A stretch of 64,000 bases of DNA, from positions 36,332,001-36,396,000 of the forward strand of contig CM074517.1 in the NCBI GenBank assembly GCA_037379345.1, read 5' to 3'. Positions 1 through 13,100 of this stretch are shown piece after piece. A program made the translations under genes and the position numbers. Positions within the stretch are counted from its first letter, which is position 1; the number at the start of each line of letters is the position of its first letter. The notes beneath the pieces were generated by a model, which was given only the letters and a program-made list of their open reading frames with translations, ran no database searches and was not told where the DNA came from. The DNA is from Perna viridis. Taxonomy: Eukaryota.

Positions 1-193
1 TTTAAAGGCAAAAAAAAATGTATGTTTAAATACTATTTAATATAATAAAGAGCATTGGCAGCAAGTATACTATAAAATACTTAATCAAGCTCTTCTATCG
101 CAACATCTTGATACTATATTCAATGTAGGTAAAAGAATTGCACAAAATCATGGCAAATCCAGTTATACATTCCTACAAATATTGATATCATAC

Positions 194-3192
194 CTTGGTC
201 TCTTCTTGTCTCTTTGAAACCTCTTGCTTACGTCTATCTTGTAGCCATTTATCTTGGTATTTATGTTCTAACAGATCAAATATTGGTGTTGATGGCCTAA
301 AAATTGAAAATTAATAAATTAAAAAAATTGTTTACAAGTGATGAAGTGCAGACATGTGGTTATCGTGAATTGTAATTTTGTAATTAGCTGTAATTGATTA
401 GATTTTTGCATGTAACTAGATGTAATCAGTAATTATTAGAAATACAACAATGTATGATACCTTTTAATTTATTTAGTTACAGGACCAAAATGGTCAGTAA
501 TCATGATTACTTTTATTTGATTACTGGTACATTAAAGTGATATTAAAAAACTAAAAGAAAAACATGGATTAAAAAGAAACCACTTAAAACAATTGCATCA
601 CTTAAGATCTCTAAAAAGTTGTTAATATGTACACGCACACGCATTTTAATTTGATAAAAATTTAAGATTTGGTAATATTATACAAGTAATATAAGTTAAG
701 AATTCCACTACAACAAGTCAATTCACAACCTGACAGCTATTAAGATCATGACATTGAACTTAGTGTTTTTTTTTATTTCTAAGATTCACTACCTTGTTGA
801 AATACCGAAAACCATTGTAGGCGGCAGTCTTCTTGTTCTGGTTCTACTTTTTTCATCTCCTGCAGTCTTCCTCCTTACATCATGTGTAGCTCTGAACTCA
901 TAATTCTCAGTGGCTGTGACCAATCCATTCTGGATAGCTGCTTTGTTCAATGCCATGAAATCTCTTTCTACTTTTTTGTCCTTACTTTTGAATGGCAAAG
1001 TTGTTGTGGAGAGAGTTCTGGGCCAACCATGTAGAGCTAGGCAAAAAGAATATTATTTTGTAGGCTAAATTGGTAAATTTAGCAAAAAGCAGTATTAATA
1101 TGATTGTTTCCATTAAAAAGGTGTGCACTTGATATAAAAATGTGCAAAAATCGATATTGAAAATGAAAAAAAAAGTCAACAAAAGAAAATGGAAGCATCC
1201 AAATGCAAATTTCAATGAAGGTAGGTGTACAGTACATGTACATACATTTGTAAATAAGACATTACTCCCAATTTAAAGTCAAATAACAAATTACCATCAT
1301 CTGCTCCTCCCAGTCTCTGCTCATTTGGTCGGCCAAACACAAAACTTCCATCTCTAGGAATTTGTGTATAAGCTCTATTCTTTGGTCTGCCTAGTTCATT
1401 CTACCAAAAATATACAAATTGAATAATTAATGACAATGTAACCTAAAGAGTACATTTGTGTGTGTGAGAATCAAATTCAATCCTGAAAAAAAAGTATAAA
1501 ATATTTATGCAAGTACATAATAAGCACAATTTAATAAGGCATATATTGTCAGTGTAATAAAACTATTCAACTCAACCGATGGATTGCAGAGTCAACTCAA
1601 CTGATGATAACATATTTATGAAAGTACATAATAAGCACAATTTAATAAGGCATATATTGTCAATGTAATAAAGCTATTCAACTCAACCGATGGATTGCAG
1701 AGTCAACTCAACCGATGATAAAATATTTATGCAAGTACATAATAAGCACAATTTAATAAGGCATATATTGTCAGTGTAATAAAGCTATTCAACTCAACCG
1801 ATGGATTGCAGAGACTGTAATCATGATTTTATGATTTAGAGTATGCATTGAGTACATGTTTTTCGTTTTCATTTAAATCTTTTGCCCTTGTACAATGTAC
1901 AAATGTATGAACACTATTAAAATATTAATAGATTAAAGTTGTATGTTATAGCTGCAATAAGCACAATACATGTTTCTCTATGAAATTAAGTACGAGTTTT
2001 TATCAAAACTAGAACTTTAAGTACCATCAAACTTCCCTTACAAATGTGCATTTCACAATTAAAAGCTATTCATGTTGTTTATACTGAAGATTATGTGATG
2101 ATGCTATATTATAAACTTTTCTTTTCTATTATTTCTTTATGTATAGATTTATGAGAGTTTAAATAGCTTTTCTTGTACATATTTGCTAAAAACACTTTGT
2201 CAATCATGCTACTCTTTACTGTATGGACAGATTTGTATGCACAGGAGATTTAATTTCATTTAATCCATGAAAAGACTTCGGTTATGAATATGTGCAACAA
2301 CATCAAAAGAAATGTCTTCAAATCCTGTAAATTTACAAATAAAAACCATCATTTTACTTGTAAAAGTAATCACACATTTTTCAGATCTAAAGTATTTTGT
2401 GGATTTTATATTTATACATGTACACATTAGGCCAAATAAAATATGTCTGTTTCCTGATACCCTACCTACCCTAGTTTTTTTGTGTCTACAAAACATTGTA
2501 TGGCCATTTTGGCTCAATTGGTTAAAGTTTAGATTGTATCCCCATTAACTCATCGATCCTCAATGTAAAATGTTTGTGAAAAATAAAATAATTTTTCCAC
2601 CTACAATTTTGTACATTTGTAACTACCCTGTTTTTGTTCTTGCTTTTATTTATTTTGGCCATATAATGATTCACACTATCCTTGATAAAGAAAATGGATG
2701 ACAGGAATGCAAAACTTGGTAAATTATAAATTTCACTTCCACAAATACCTCAATAGATATATTTGGTTCACTCTTCAGAACCAGCTTGGAAATCACATAC
2801 TCCTACAACATAAGAGGCTGGACTTCGTTCCTCCATACCCCAAGGATAGCACGAAGTCAGAAAATAGCTTGCCAGACAATCTCTAGCATAGCTGGAGTAA
2901 GGAATCAATCACAGCTCGAAAGTCCAACTTGTTCTTGAACGTGTGTTAATTAATTAATCTAGATGGGTCATTGTGATTTTTATATCCCCTGGAACAACCA
3001 TGGAAAATATACTGCAAATAATAATAAGGTTTGATAAAAAAGAGTTCCTTTGAACATGTGGAAAGACATTGAAGATTCGGGACAGAGTAAACTCACCCGT
3101 AACAATAATTCATTGTACAGCATAGATTCTCTGTGATTTCCCAGCTCTCCTGCTGCTGTTAAGTTAAATGGATTATCGACTGAGGTTGCCAT
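194..3192 (-). CDS. CFAP77: Cilia- and flagella-associated protein 77 (DUF4483 family), 5' part; continues beyond the left edge
   Basis: Exons 3097-3192, 1295-1400, 793-1036 and 194-296 have GT/AG ends and compatible phases (0,1,2). They give MATSVDNPF...ELGNHRESMLYNELLLR/NELGRPKNRAYTQIP...FVFGRPNEQRLGGADDA/LHGW...RDFMALNKAAIQNGLVTATENYEFRATHDVR...LPPTMVFGISTR/PSTPIFDLLEHKYQDKW. This matches the CFAP77 motifs ELGKP, MNR-A---GLVTA-EN and FGI--RPSTP-FDLL-H-Y, recognised from family knowledge. Confidence 0.88.
1501..1812. repeat. Intronic tandem repeat, 111-bp unit x ~2.8
   Basis: ATATTTATG(C/A)AAGTACATAATAAGCAC... starts at 1501, 1612 and 1723; units are nearly identical. Confidence 0.95.
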
Positions 3193-3246
3193 TCTTTTAA
3201 ATAGTTCTTATCTGTCCTCTAACAATTTAAATTACACAAAATCTAC

Positions 3247-3310
3247 ATAAACAGTCCAGCAGCCATGCAATTCAGATCGCCATAGTGACAACAAGCAAAC
3301 AGTACTTCCG
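3247..3310 (-). promoter_or_regulatory. Putative motile-cilia promoter module: forkhead site, RFX X-box, ETS site
   Basis: ATAAACA (3247-3253), X-box-like GTCACTATGGCGAT on minus (3276-3289) and CGGAAGT on minus (~3304-3310), all within 120 bp upstream of the CFAP77 ATG. Confidence 0.55.
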
Positions 3311-3694
3311 CTTTGTAGCGCTACCTATAAATAGGTAAATAGTTATGCAAGGGAGGCTATTTCCTGCCACTGTAATTTTGTTCAAATGTTGTTATGAACA
3401 CAAAATAAAACAAAATAAACGAATAAGTAATAGACATAAAACACAACAAACAACAAGAAATTAACAAAAAAATAAAAATAAAACAAAAAACCCACACTCC
3501 CGAAGAAACAACATTAAAAAAATAAAAAATATATAATAGAATACAATGTCCTTATTATGGCAATCGATGCAAGCTTGACCTTTGACTTTAGAAGCTCTGA
3601 GAGCCGGATTTGAGTCTTACAATATATTAACTTGACATACCAAGGGTAATACAAAACAAGAGTCTATTTTAATTTTGTATTTTCGGCTTTCTTA

Positions 3695-3847
3695 AATAGA
3701 CCCATTTGTGGTAAGTTTGTGCTCAATAGACACTTCCGAGAGGTAGGGCTTGGGTAGAACAAAAAAAATTTCCTCGCGGAAGTGTATATTGAGCATGCTC
3801 TACGCATGCTCATCAACTACCCCAACTTTAGTACAAAAGGGTCTATT
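3695..3847. mobile_element. Fold-back MITE (~150 bp)
   Basis: Termini AATAGACCCATTTGT / ACAAAAGGGTCTATT; internal inverted arms GCTCAATAGACACTTCCG / CGGAAGTGTATATTGAGC. Confidence 0.7.
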
Positions 3848-4179
3848 AGAAACATTCATATCAATGTCTCTGCTCAAATCATGAAGAAAAATAAATTCTA
3901 ATTGGTTTAAAACTGTAAAAGGCATTATTGTTTTTGTTTTTGTTTTTGTTTTTTATAATATTCATAGAGATCTATTCAAATTCGTCCTCATACAGGTAAG
4001 AACTATCTCATATCATATACAAATGTAATTACACTTGATAATGTGGTATAATTTCTAATGCCAAATTTCCGAAATGTTTGTTTTCTTAATATATCCCTTT
4101 CAAATCTCCGTATACTGAAAATTAAGCGTTCAACGGAAGAATTGTAACTTACAGAGCTATTAATAGCTTACTCTATATA

Positions 4180-4380
4180 AGAGTAATCAAGGGAACCAAC
4201 GTCATAGCGGTAATTAAAAGAATATAATCCAAGGACAAAGACCAAACATGGAAAACAGACGTGCACAACAAAGAACATATAGTAATTAAAATCATACACA
4301 CAAAGTTACAAAATCAAATGAGGAACTCGGACTCCGCTAAAAACTGGGAGCATGGACCAGGTGCATCGGTAGGGAATAAG
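4180..4380 (-). mobile_element. Penelope-like (Naiad-type) retroelement, 3' end fragment
   Basis: Reverse complement of the family 3' end (…CCTGGTCCATGCTCCCAG…GGTTCCCTTGATTACTCT). Confidence 0.85.
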
Positions 4381-7300
4381 AATCATTGATTCCAACAAGA
4401 AATCCGTATGTATTCCTTGTTTCCGATATCTCGGTATCCAATAGATTGTTGTACGAATAAATCGTTATTCAATAAAATTATAATTATATATAGGGACCCT
4501 TCATATTACATACTTCATGTTACTCTCTATTATCACAGATTTATCCTACTGAAGAAAAAGTATATAAATATAAAAACTATACGAAACGTTTATGAAACCA
4601 GTTTAATTAGTTTGATTTTGAAATGGTTCTCAAACAATGTCCGGCCTGTTTTTTACAAATTCGATGTTGTCGTTTACAAAAGGTTCGATGAGAAATCCAT
4701 TTGGTAAGGCTTTATTTTGGTTTAAACAGTGCTTGTTTACTCGTTGATCGGTTAAAACATGCATTATGAGCTCGGTTAGTTACACAAGTCGACCCGACGC
4801 AAGCGACACATGCATTTCAATTACTTGTTTCGCTTAGTCATATTTTTTTGTGATCGCTGTCCCCGAAATTGTTTCTGAAATCCTGGACACGTCCCGCGGC
4901 CTGGGACATGTGTTCTTTTTTATAAATTTAGATAGGAATTATCTATGTTTTTATATGAATGTAAACACCAATTTTATATAACACTCATTAGTAATAAAAA
5001 ATCCAATCTTGAAATTAAAAAAAATATTCTTTATCAAAATCAGACATGATATGATTCATGCAAGTCAAAACCAACAAAATTCACTTTTATTTCTTATTCA
5101 GTAACAATAAAAGACCATATAAACCAGTCTTAGTTTTGGTTGTTCATATACCGATTTTGTATAAAAATTGGTGCTTTGCAAGAGTTATCATTCTTGATAA
5201 GGTTGATTTATGTGGGAGGCGCACGTGTAGTTGTCTTCAAAATACAGATCTGAATACAGGAAGGACTATGGTTACGTAAAAATGTAGCATATAAAACATA
5301 GCAATATTGTATATTCAGAATCGTTGTCATACAACCGTTTCAAGCACTTATCAATCAATCTATGGAATTTTTCTCTGTCACTTTTTGATCTTCATTATCA
5401 CCGCGGAACCTCAGTAATTCAGGCTAAATAACGTATACATACTTTCTAATGACTAGTGTAAATCTTTCCTCTGACATTTTTTCTTCTAAGACATATTGTA
5501 GTCTAAAACTCAGTAAAACAATTTTGCTCAATGTCTATGGAATTTTATAATACACAACGAAAGATAACTCTAAATAAACGTGGATGCTTGCTTAAATTAC
5601 TTTTTTTTCTCAGTCATTCACTAAGGTTCCACTATATAGATAGATCACTGCAAATAACTTTATGACAATTTGTGGAAATAAAGCTATATTGAGTCACTTA
5701 AACAAGCAAATCCCAAAGTTTTTCCTGTGAAAAGTATATATTTTTCAAAACATTACACTATGGAGATCCATGAAAAAAAGATAAATTATATTTTCTATTT
5801 TGTCATGAAAATCTGTAGCCATGGTTAAATAATAAAAATATATATCAGTTTTCATGACAAATTTTGGGTCCTTTCCCAAAATTAAATGTCAAAAAACAGG
5901 TTTTCTAAAATATCAGGCACTTCAAAACTACCATAAAAAGTAAGTTGGCATGGTATTATTGTAAAAAAAAAAACAAATAAAAAGTGCACCTTTTTCTGCT
6001 CATTTGTTCATGATTTTTATTTATAAAGTTAGTGCGAAATTTTGCATTTTTCAAAAACAGCCAGTTGGTGCAGAGAAGAGAACCCAATCCAGTGAGGACG
6101 TGAATCTTGCCGGATAGCTTAAAGCATGCATTTATACCTCTTTACCTTCACAAGCATTGCCTCTGTTTATGTACGAATGCTCTACTACCCACAATCAATA
6201 CTTCCACCAAGTTTGACCTTTTATTTTTGAGTTTTACAAAATTAGACCAGGTCAGTTTTGTGTACCTCAGTCCCATTTGTATAGTGCAACCTAATAAAGC
6301 AGGACAAAATGTACTTCTAAAGAAAATGTAAATGTCTTTCTAGAAGAAATTTTAATGACAAAAGACCTTCAAAATAAATGAAGCATTTTCCGCTTAATAA
6401 AAAAGTAGCAAAATATTCTTTCTCACTTCGAAGAAATAAAATAGTCTGTTTCTCCATATCTTCGTCATGCTGTTGATAAAAAAGACATATTTTCACCAGA
6501 AGGATTCAGTTGAGAAGTAAAGAAAGTAAAAACGGGGAATGCGAAAAAGAGACAATCCGGTCGACCAAACTTTGACGAAAATAGCCAAAGTTTAAGGCAC
6601 TCTATAGAGTATGTTCTAATATGACATCCTGACTGTTCTATACATATATCGCAACGAGATAAATTGATTTGGTTAATGATAAATGAAAATGTGGAGGTAA
6701 TCATCAACTTCTATACTCTCAGCTGTCAAAGAGGGTCTGCAGTCCTACAACAACACTTTTTACTCCTACTTTCATACTTTGTAAGAAATAATTCCAAATC
6801 ATCTTCCAAATATACCGAAGAAGATGTTTACAAAATGCTGGAATTTTTAATCGACAACATATTTGCCCAGTGTGGTAGACGCGTTTTCCAACAAACGGTC
6901 GACATTCCAATGGGAACAATTTGTGCTCCTCTACTTGCTGACCTATTCCTTCACTCTTATGAGACTGACTTTATAGCTGATCTGATCCGAAAGAAAGAAT
7001 ATCGTTTAGCTAGATCCTTTAATCTCAGTTTCCGCTACGTGACGTATTATATTTAAATCAAAGGCTGAAGTCTTCGAAGTCGCTAATCGTCAAATACTCA
7101 CTGTCACTAACTTTGACTTACTTTAAACATCCGAAATGGTACAAATGCGATATGCTCGATATAAAATCGGGTGACTTCCGCTAAAATCTTGGTTCCCTTG
7201 ATAATATTGCATACTTTTTCATAACCGTAAAAGTTATGACCCGAATGGCTATATATAGATATCGGTGTCCAGCTAATATATATTACCTTTATATAATCAA

Positions 7301-7559
7301 TTTTATTAACCAACTACCAAAAATACGTTAAAATATGTCAAAAACTGACCAACTGATATGAATTCAAACCGGGCATCTATACGGGGCCAATCTGAAAAAA
7401 AGAGAGCCAATATGAATGAAACCAGGGCCAATACGGCATCATGACTTTCGGTCGTTTGATACAGCCATTTTGAATTAGATATTCTCACTTCATTATCCTG
7501 CTGGATTATTTATGCATATGTACCCAAACATGTATATAATTAACCAAACAAATAAGAAA

Positions 7560-7990
7560 CTTAGAATAAGGTAAGGAAACTTTATTTTGATTTGGCAAGT
7601 CATTCAAATACAATCACAAGCTCTAAGGAGCTTCAGACCATATACAAAACATATATTATGTAACATAAACAAGACATACTAGAATCAAAGGATGTGCAAA
7701 TAAAAAAAAACGTAATTATGATATGCAAACCAATAATTTATTACATCTGGTAACCCTATTGCAATGTCTAAAACAAAAGAGCATAACATAACTTTAATTG
7801 CACATTTATGTATCTAAAATGTGCTTTCAGAATTATGTTATTTCAGGAACTCTGATCGCCAGGACTAAAAGCTGCAGAAACACAAACAAATCTTCTGTTT
7901 TATACAAAAAAGAAATTTAATGCAAATAAACTTACATGTTCTTGGTAAAACACGAACACAACTGCTCTACAAATCATCTAGTTGAGCTGG
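7560..7990 (-). mobile_element. Probable 3' end of a non-LTR retrotransposon
   Basis: On minus: AAGCTCCTTAGAGCTT hairpin, then AATAAA and a short CTTA-type tail, preceded by degenerate coding-like sequence. Family not assigned. Confidence 0.35.
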
Positions 7991-8000
7991 TTAATAAAAT

Positions 8001-8175
8001 TGTCAATAAATATGTAATTTCATATTGGCCCTGTTATAGGTTTCGGTCAATCATATTGGCCCCGACAGCCGTATTGGCCCTCGGCAGTGCATCGGGACCA
8101 ATACGACCGCCTCGACCAATATGACAGACCTAAAACCTATAACAGGGCCAATATGAAATTACATATTTATTAACA
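8001..8175. mobile_element. Near-perfect palindromic MITE
   Basis: TGTCAATAAATATGTAATTTCATATTGGCCCTGTTATAGGTTT pairs with AAACCTATAACAGGGCCAATATGAAATTACATATTTATTAACA (one mismatch in ~43 bp); pairing continues toward the centre. Confidence 0.85.
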
Positions 8176-8202
8176 TATAGTATAAACGAACGCCTGTGTT
8201 TG

Positions 8203-8577
8203 AATCGGAAACTGGGTAATATTACATAAATTCAATGCTAACCGATCATTTTATCTTTTGATGTAAATTCCCGTTCTAATACAAGCAAATACGCGCATAG
8301 ACACGTGTATGATATGTTGTACGTTATAAAAGGTACGTTGTAGCTATCTTCGGGTCGCTTATGATATTGACAGGGAACCAGTTTATGAACCAGATTTAGC
8401 AGCTGGCAATGAATATTCATAAATGTCGAGGCGTGCCAATGTATAAGACCTATGTAGTCTTGTAACTAGCCTCAATGCCTAAATCGGAAACCGGGTTATG
8501 TTCAAAGCTAATTGATCATTTCATGTAAACTTCCCGTCCTCGTATAAGCAAGAAACACACGTAGAACACACGTGTAT
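8203..8577. repeat. Diverged direct repeat (~8203-8310 vs ~8482-8577)
   Basis: Both copies run AATCGGAAAC.GGGT…TTCAA.GCTAA..GATCATTT…TGTAAA.TTCCCGT…AAGCAA…ACACGTGTAT. Confidence 0.6.
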
Positions 8578-9739
8578 TTTATTTAAGAGATACATTTTTT
8601 TTCTCGTATGAAGCTAGAACTATGACAATGTGACGGTGAACACGGCGAAGATCACCTGGGTTATATAGCGTATAACTACACATTAATGCAAATCATATGC
8701 GAATATTAAATACAGAAATTACGAGTGCAAGAAGTCGCTACACTATTAGCGACTTAAAAATCCTAATTTTAGGGATTTGACACATCGCATCTACCTCAAA
8801 GAACTTGAGATAAAGGATACTACAGGCACTGTGAAGTCAGCCTCATATCTTGACCTACACTTAGAAATCAATGGTAAATAAAAGCTATTGACCAAACTTC
8901 AGACAAACGTGACGACTTTACATTCAGAATTGTCAACTTTCCTTTCATCTGTGTAACACCCCTTCAGCACCTGCGTATGGAGTGTTCATATCACAACTCA
9001 TACGTTATGCCAGAGCTTGCCGAAACTGCATAGACTTTTTGTATCGCGCTAGAATTAGTCTTCTGGAACAGGGTTTTGTTGCTATATATTAATAATAATA
9101 TACAAGATTGAAGTCATCACTACAGAAGTTTTGTGAACGTCATCTTGAACTGAACTCGTGGATCGTTACGGTGTATCCATCTGCGCCATGAAAACTGTTT
9201 TGTTCAACGTGTCATAGTTCTTTCCTCTTTAGTCTACCCCGGACTTTTTATGAGCAACTCGGAGGGTGCTTACCCTACCGGTGCACCTGGTCCATGCTCC
9301 CAGTTTTTAGTATAGTCCGATTTGCTCATTTGCTTTTGTTGCTTCGTGTGTATGATTTTGGTTGCTTTGTGTTCTTTGTTGTGTGTGTCTGTTTTCCATG
9401 TCTGGTCTTTGCCCTGGATTGCATTCTCTGGATTACCGCTATAACCTTGGTTCCCTTGATAACTCGTGCAAACTTCAGATTTATTTACAAAAGTAAGACA
9501 TGATCCCGAAAATCCCTGAAATAACTATGCTCCTGTGTAATAATGACAGAGAAGTTTTATTTTATACTTCTTTTATTAATAAATATATATATATATAATG
9601 TATACATAACTAAAAAATCATTTCAATATAACAGATCACTACTTTGTAAAATCAAAACTTATAAATGCTTCGTGTCATACTATCTTATATTGAAATTTAC
9701 TACTCTTCAGATGATACCCCGCCGTATATAAATTTAATG

Positions 9740-9972
9740 CAGTGGCGGACCCAGAGATAAACAAAAGGGGAACCAACCCCGAGGCTCCAAAGTTTCCTTC
9801 AAGAAGTATGTAAAATATGCATCATGTTCGTTTGTGCAATGCGAAACAATGAAATTGCTTGATTGTTTATTGCTTTCTGACTATTTTTCTTGGTTTTAAC
9901 ATAAAGAATGTAACAATAAAAAAAAACAATTTCATAAGGGGACCTTGGTTACCTGCCTCTTGGGTCCGCCTA
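9740..9972. mobile_element. Non-autonomous DNA transposon (CAGTGGCGGA-type TIR)
   Basis: GGCGGACCCA at the left end, TGGGTCCGCC at the right end; related termini occur at 56514-56674. Confidence 0.55.
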
Positions 9973-10173
9973 TTTAGTATAAATATTAAATTGTATCAGT
10001 ATTTTTATAGAAATTATAAGGAATCTCAGCTCTCTTAAGCATAAAATCTAGACGACAACAAATGGATAAAGCGGACAAACGGACGAAACAACGGGGCCAT
10101 CAAATACCTGGTTCGACTTGCAGGATACAAACTTTTGTTTTTTTTATATAAGGCAGTTACTGAGCATTCATTA

Positions 10174-13100
10174 TTACAACGTATTCTCCATTACAATTGA
10201 ACCTTTCGAGTTAGATTCGGGAATACCTAGATATTTTTCGTTATTATCGGTCTTTATCGTTGGCTCTGTCTTCTTACAACACGTTCCAAGTATTGAATTA
10301 GATTCAAATTGGAATGTTGGTAAAAATGGAATGTATGAAAAACATTTGTATTTTCGGAGAAACGGCATAATATAGGGAATATCATAGGTAGCTGAATGAG
10401 TCTTTTCCTTTTCCTCACAAGTCGATAGTTGGTTTCTCCATTTGATTATTCCCCTTTCTTCGTCTGTACCTGCGATCAAAATGTATACGTACATAGAGAA
10501 CGAAATGGACTTTTAATATAATTAATGTTGTGAAAAATTACATGTAATTTTAAGAGTTGAAAAATCAAAATTATAAAAATCATAAAAAATAAAGGAGTGT
10601 ATAATATTGAAACATGCAACATTTTTATTATACACGGCGTTTGGTATTGGATGATAAAAAATGATTTTTTTTTCTGAAAAATGTTTCAAAATTACTTGAA
10701 GTTCTTGAAATGGTGAAAGTTTGTCAAGTCACATGACACTACGATATAGGATAGATGATAACCACTTGATAGGCGAAAAAAAAACCAGCATCCTTTTATT
10801 ATATAAAGCATCATATATATTGAAATATATCTGTCTTACCTGGCACAGTGTTGTCCAATATAAACCCAAGCACACCACCAACAAACATAGCTGTACTTAG
10901 TAAAACTGTCAAAACTTGGTCAACATCATGACTGCCTTAAATACATAATGCAAAAAGTTTTATACTTGATAAGAATATTTTGTGCAAAGGGTTCCAAACA
11001 ACATGCATGTTTGATAATTAAAGATTGTTTTTAATATTTGAAAAACTAACTTTGGGACAGTTTACAATTCATGAGCCAATCAGAAGACTCATTACTAATC
11101 AAATTAAATAATTATCAGATAAATCACTTAACCAACGGACCATGTTAAAATTGCCCATCGTGAGAAAAAAATCAGAAGGGAATAAAATTTAAAACTAAAT
11201 AAATACATGTATCACTGAACACTGAACTATTGCATGAATATGTAGATATACCTGTCTGTATTGCATTTTTGTTCTCTTCTAGATATTTTGGAACCATCAA
11301 TCCTATTAGCAACGAAGAACCAATAATGCAAAGATTTCTTCCAGAGGACAAGTCTACAAATTGTAGGGTTGATAGACCGACTGACGTAACCATACCAAAA
11401 CTCAACACAACTGTTCCACCTAACACCGGATCGGGAAGCATAGTTAAAACAGCTCCAATTTTTCCAAATAGTCCACAAATCAGAAAAATGATACCTGCAT
11501 ACTGGAACACACGCCTGCTGGCGTTCTGAAAATAAAAATTAACTACCGTTAATAAGCAATTAACATAACTGTATTAAACTTCCAATGCATGTTTAAAACT
11601 CATAACCAGTAAAACATTTTGAGATGGTAAATGGTCATATCAAGTACTTGTGGTAGCGTTTTTACAAATGCTTCTTAATTTTTTTTTCAGGACAAGAGTT
11701 CTAGATCTTTACAGCTTCGGGTACAAATTCATAAACAGATTCAGTTGATGTTCTAACTGTAATATTTCCTTACTTAAAGTATCCTACAATTGCATAACAT
11801 AAAGACTTCCTTGGTATATCTGCATTTAAAATGCTTACAGAGCTACATGTAGGCTTTTTACAAGTTCATATATAATAGGAGCTGTGCTCAATTAATCAAA
11901 ATACAATGTGCTTACCTTTGTAAAACCGATAGCACCAACATTTTGAGAGTACGAAGTTGTAGCACCACCTGATCCAACAGCACCAGAAAGAATACTACCA
12001 AAACCCTCCATAGCAATACCGCGGTTAATAGCATGTGCAGGAGGAGGCGGAGCTAATGATATTCTAGCACATGCGTAATAGTCTCCTACAGATTCAATGA
12101 TTGATGTGAAAGTGGCTGCCATCATTGCCATGTAGCTCGCTACACTTACTGTAGGAACTCCCCATTGACCTTAAATTGCAAAAAAAAAGATATTGTTTGT
12201 GTTACACCTTGTAAATCCTCCCAGTTTTTTTGTGTAAAACATATAAAAAATGATACATGCATCATATTCACCTGTGTTAATAATACTTTGCATAATAAGT
12301 GTCCATTGTCTATTGAACAGTATAGCTTTCTGAATAAAACAATTTATTACATTTCTTATACCCGTCTATGCGCCTGATTTCATATTCTAAATAGATTTCT
12401 ATTTTTGCAAGAATATACAAATCTAATACTTAGTATACAAAATAATAATAACCAACAAATAAAAACAAACAAAACAAAACAAAACAAAACAAAACCAAAC
12501 CAAACCAAAAAAAATCACTTGCCAATCTCAAAGAAAAATACCCCGGATAGATCTACAATCAAGCTTGATTAGTAAACGACCCATTTTTCCATCGTTAAAG
12601 AGTCAAAGCTCCGAACATATATTTGATAACGTCATCTTACTTCACATGATAATGTAGAGATTGTGATGTTTAACATAAACAAAAGAAATACAAATTTACA
12701 TAGTCCTTTAATTTCAGCTTCTGTTGCGTACATTTTATGTTTTATCACTATGCAATCATAGAGTTGATGACTATCTTTCTCTCGTTTGCACAAATAGCAT
12801 GAAAATAAATGCACTGCAGAAAGATACATTTGTGTTAGTCTGTTTTGTGGTGGTCTTTATTTGTGTGTATTACTTTATGTTGAAAGATAAGTTTTTCGTT
12901 ATCTGTTCTTATGGTATTCACATCTTTGTCTTGTCCAGGAATTTGTACGTTCGTATCTTTAGTATTGATACTTTGTCTGTTTGTTGAGACCAATAAGAGA
13001 TAAACTTCTAAAGTTTATCGTTAAAGAATAATTATGTTTCCTTTAAGTTTACCTTTCTACAGAAATTTGTGTAAAAAAATCAACTTCAGACGTTTTCTAA

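Larger units (their letters stand above)
6707..9465 (+). mobile_element. Penelope-like (Naiad-type) RT copy split into 6707-7038 and ~8750-9465 by ~1.7 kb of other DNA
   Basis: The first part encodes MLEFLIDNIF…FQQTVDIPMGTICAPLLADLFLHSYE…SFRY (PLE RT motifs up to the RYxDD). The second part resumes at NPNF…KELEIKDTT…SASYLDL and runs to the family 3' end. Confidence 0.8.

Noticed and set aside
1501-1812. CRISPR-like array
   Set aside because: Eukaryotic intron; whole 111-bp units repeat with no unique spacers.
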